A stretch of 64,000 bases of DNA. Source: Candidatus Latescibacterota bacterium (GTDB lineage Bacteria; Latescibacterota; UBA2968; UBA8231). The notes under the pieces were generated by a model. The model was not told where the DNA came from and ran no database searches. It saw only the letters and a program-made list of their open reading frames with translations. Below are positions 61,296 to 64,000 of the stretch, in pieces. Position 1 is the stretch's first letter. Each line of letters starts with the position of its first letter. The DNA lies in assembly GCA_964291625.2 (NCBI GenBank), contig OZ220090.1:896001-960000 (forward strand). Reading direction: 5' to 3'. Position numbers and translations under genes: made by a program.

Positions 61296-62336
61296 CTATT
61301 GGGAACGGTGCTTGATTGCGCCCCAAGACACCCCTCCGAGGGAGGAGGGAACGGGGTAGAAGTACGGAGACCAATAGATCAGGGCGACGCTGGGCAGTTC
61401 GGACAAGGGCTCCACCAGCGGCAGGGGCAAGCAAGGCGAGACCCAGGGGGAATCGGGGTATCTGCGCCTGGGCTCGTGGATGACAAAGTCCGTGATGCCG
61501 TGGTCCTCGAGCCAACCGACGACCACGTCGACGTTCTCCTGCGGACCCGGGTCTACATAGATCTCCAAGGAGAGCGCCGGGGCCGGCTTCGAGAGGTCCC
61601 AGGCAGGGAAACTGCCGAGGGCGGTGACGCAGGGCGCCTCCAGATCCACCCGGTCCGTCACCCAGCCCAAGCGGAGCGCGTTCTTGTATTCGTGGACTAC
61701 GTTTTCGCAACCCTCGGACAGCTTGGGATTCAGTCGGACACGGGGGAGAATCCAGCGCCCGGAGAAAATCAGATAGGTTGTTCCTGCCACCCGCGCCATG
61801 CGATCCTCCGGCAAGGGCCACTCGTACAGAATCGGGTTGAAAGCGACAAACAGATCCCTGAGCTTTCTCAGGCCGGACAACGTCGAGAAATCCGAGATAT
61901 AGTTGACTTCCAGGTTCAGCCACCTCAGCTCGCTCAGGCGGGCCAGCGGCGTCACGTCCTCGATCGAGTTGCCCGCCAGGTCCAGCCAGGTGAGAGCGGC
62001 CAAACCTGACAGCGGCGACAGGTCGGAGATGGCGTTGGTGTTGGCCCAGGGATCCGCCATGGCCCCCGGCCCCAGGTTCAGCCGCGTCAGCCCGGTGGCC
62101 GAGGCCAATCCGGTCAGGTCGACGATGCCCTTGTCCGTCGCCTCCAGCGCGGTCAGCTCCGCCAGGGAGGCCGCGGGGATCGAGTCGCCCGACGACAGGC
62201 CGAGGCTGTCCTCTATCACCGCCCGCAACGAGGCGTCCGGGACGGTGACTTCGTCTGCAGGGTCGTCCTGCGCCCACCCGGCCGGCAGGCCCGTCCAGGT
62301 CAGCCCGAGGGCCAACAGAATCGCAAAGCAATGCAT
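61296..62336 (-). CDS. Secreted LRR protein, type B, SWGAIK tail
   Basis: MHCFAILLALG signal, LRRs, C-terminal GGVSWGAIKHRSQ. Confidence 0.85.
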   Translation of the reverse strand: MHCFAILLALGLTWTGLPAGWAQDDPADEVTVPDASLRAVIEDSLGLSSGDSIPAASLAELTALEATDKGIVDLTGLASATGLTRLNLGPGAMADPWANTNAISDLSPLSGLAALTWLDLAGNSIEDVTPLARLSELRWLNLEVNYISDFSTLSGLRKLRDLFVAFNPILYEWPLPEDRMARVAGTTYLIFSGRWILPRVRLNPKLSEGCENVVHEYKNALRLGWVTDRVDLEAPCVTALGSFPAWDLSKPAPALSLEIYVDPGPQENVDVVVGWLEDHGITDFVIHEPRRRYPDSPWVSPCLPLPLVEPLSELPSVALIYWSPYFYPVPSSLGGVSWGAIKHRSQ

Positions 62337-62390
62337 GGTCTTCCTCTTCGGATGCATGTTGTGGATTCTCAACGGCAACTGCTCCCCGCC

Positions 62391-63532
62391 CTACCGGAAA
62401 AGACTCTTGATCGCGCCCCAGGACGACGCTTCCACTCCGGTGCCAGGAAGGTCGGAACCACACCCGTTCTGGCCACCCGCACCGGAATCACCGCTTTCGC
62501 TTCCAGTAGAGGTTTGAGGAAAGGACTCCGATGGCGGCCAGACCCGAGCCACGGAGGGCAGTTCGGACACGGGCACCAGCAGCGGGATGGGTAGGCAGGC
62601 GTATACTGCAGTGCGCACCCAGTCGGCGTCTTCGCTGCTGGGTCGGCCGATGCGCACTCTGGTGATACAGTGGTCCTCCAAGAAACGGACGACCATGTCG
62701 ATGCTGCTCTCTATGTCGATGCTGCTCTCTTCCGTGTGTAACAGACGGATGCGCACGGGGACTGAATGGGGTGGCTTCGACGGGTCCCAGACGTAGAAGT
62801 CCGGCTTCGACGGGTCCCAGTCGTCGGAAGTCGGAAATCGCGAGACGCAGCGACCTGGATCGACCTCGTCCGCGTCCGGCCCCACCGGAGCGCCTCCTTG
62901 TAGCTATAGACAAGATCGTTCAAGGAACTATCCAGCTTCGGCCACAGGTTGGGACCCGCGAAAATGGGACAAATCCACATCGACGTTCCCGTCCGCGGCA
63001 GCCAATCGGCCGACTCCAACCTCGGGATGAGGTTGTACCCCATATGCAGATCCCTGAGCCTGGTCAGGCCCGACAGCGACCTCAGGTCCGAGATCTTGTT
63101 GACTTCCACGTTCAACCACCTCAGGTTGACCAGGCCCGACAGGGGCGTCACGTCCTCCACCGAGTTGCCCGCCAGGTCCAGCCAGGTGAGTGCGGTCAGG
63201 CCCGACAGCGGCGAGAGGTCGGAAACGTCATTGCTGTTGGTCCAGGGGTCTCTCGTGATGGCCCCCGGCCCCAAGTCCAGCCGGGTCAGCCCGGTGGCGT
63301 GCTCCAGCCCGGTCAGGTCGACGATGCCCGCGTCCGGTGCTTCCAATGAGGTCAGCTTCGCCAGGGAGGACGCCGTGATCGGGTCGCCAGCCGACAGGCC
63401 GAGGCTGTCCTCCAGCACCGCCCGCAACGAGGCGTCCGGCACCGTCACTTCTGGGGTGTCGTCCTGCGCCCAACCGGCCGGCAAACCCAGCAGGGTCAGC
63501 CCAAGGGCCAGCAGTATCGTACTGCAGTGCAT
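62391..63532 (-). CDS. Secreted LRR protein, type A, 1-bp frameshift near 62873
   Basis: Paralog of 57613..58755. The two frames join at WGRT/ADEVDPGRC and end in SSWGAIKSLFR. Confidence 0.78.
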
Positions 63533-63599
63533 TTTCTTCCTCTTCGGTTGCATTGTGTGGAGTTCCAAAGGGCAGCTGCCCGCCCTACCGGAAAAGACT

Positions 63600-64000
63600 C
63601 TAGATCGCGCCCCAAGACGACACCTCCACTCCGGTGCCAGGAAGGTCGGAACCGCACCCTTCCTGGCCACCAGCACTAGCATCGCTGCTCTCGCTTCCAG
63701 TGGAGCTGGCAGGAAAGGAGCCCGGTGGCATCCTGACGCGAGCCACGGAGGGCAGGTCGGACAGAGGCACCAGCAGGGGCACCGGCACACAAGCGTAGAC
63801 TGTGTTCCAGCCCTGCTCTCCGCTGGGGACTCGGGAGATGAAGAAGTCCCTGACGATGATGCAGTAGCCCTCGAGGAAGGCGACGACTCTGTCGATGCTG
63901 CTCTCTTCCCTGTCAAGCAGATTCTTGATGCGGACCGAAGCTGAATGGGGTGGCTTCGATGGGTCCCAGATGAAGAAATCCGGCTTCGACGGGTCCCAGT
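63600..64000 (-). CDS. C-terminal part of another type A LRR protein (5' end off the window)
   Basis: WDPSKPDFFIWDPSKPPHSASVRI...VYACVPVPLLVPLSDLPSVARV...SSWGAI*. The K codon AAG is replaced by TAG. Confidence 0.8.
   Translation of the reverse strand, partial: WDPSKPDFFIWDPSKPPHSASVRIKNLLDREESSIDRVVAFLEGYCIIVRDFFISRVPSGEQGWNTVYACVPVPLLVPLSDLPSVARVRMPPGSFPASSTGSESSDASAGGQEGCGSDLPGTGVEVSSWGAI

Noticed and set aside
57613-64000. Diversity-generating retroelement behind the variable C-termini
   Set aside because: No reverse transcriptase in the window. Differences between copies include indels and all base types rather than being adenine-specific.

Overview
High-GC bacterial DNA. Several secreted proteins carry FlgD/T9SS-type or SWGAIK C-termini, and there are sulfatase and PhyH genes, which suggests an FCB-group lineage such as Latescibacterota (inference only). 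Three ordinary blocks hold housekeeping and catabolic genes: 1-15.6 kb, 35.2-42.6 kb and 46.2-49.8 kb. Two accessory regions stand out. (1) 15.8-35.1 kb holds two co-oriented minus-strand operons. Each is preceded by a near-consensus sigma54 -24/-12 promoter and by a matching pair of GTCC-N8-GGAC palindromes. One operon encodes a membrane-spanning pseudo-caspase/PEGA protein with a cytoplasmic P-loop ATPase, an AAA-like ATPase fused to a sigma54 activator, a second exported pseudo-caspase, a PorV-like barrel and a secreted beta-propeller. The other encodes DUF4956, HlyD, TolC, a VTC polyphosphate-polymerase domain and a CotH kinase. Together they look like a kinase-free transmembrane signalling system with its output operon, the best candidate for an undescribed system here. 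(2) 49.9-64 kb is a tandem, mosaic array of secreted LRR proteins. The short members end in a variable domain homologous to the propeptide region of the giant LRR-subtilase-FN3-cadherin protein at the end of the array, followed by a SWGAIK tail. Also present: a divergent SecY paralog with a DUF2007-like tail, a DUF5131-TcmP fusion and three toxin-antitoxin-like loci. Domain calls come from motif recognition by eye, not database searches. Several single-base frameshifts could be assembly errors.
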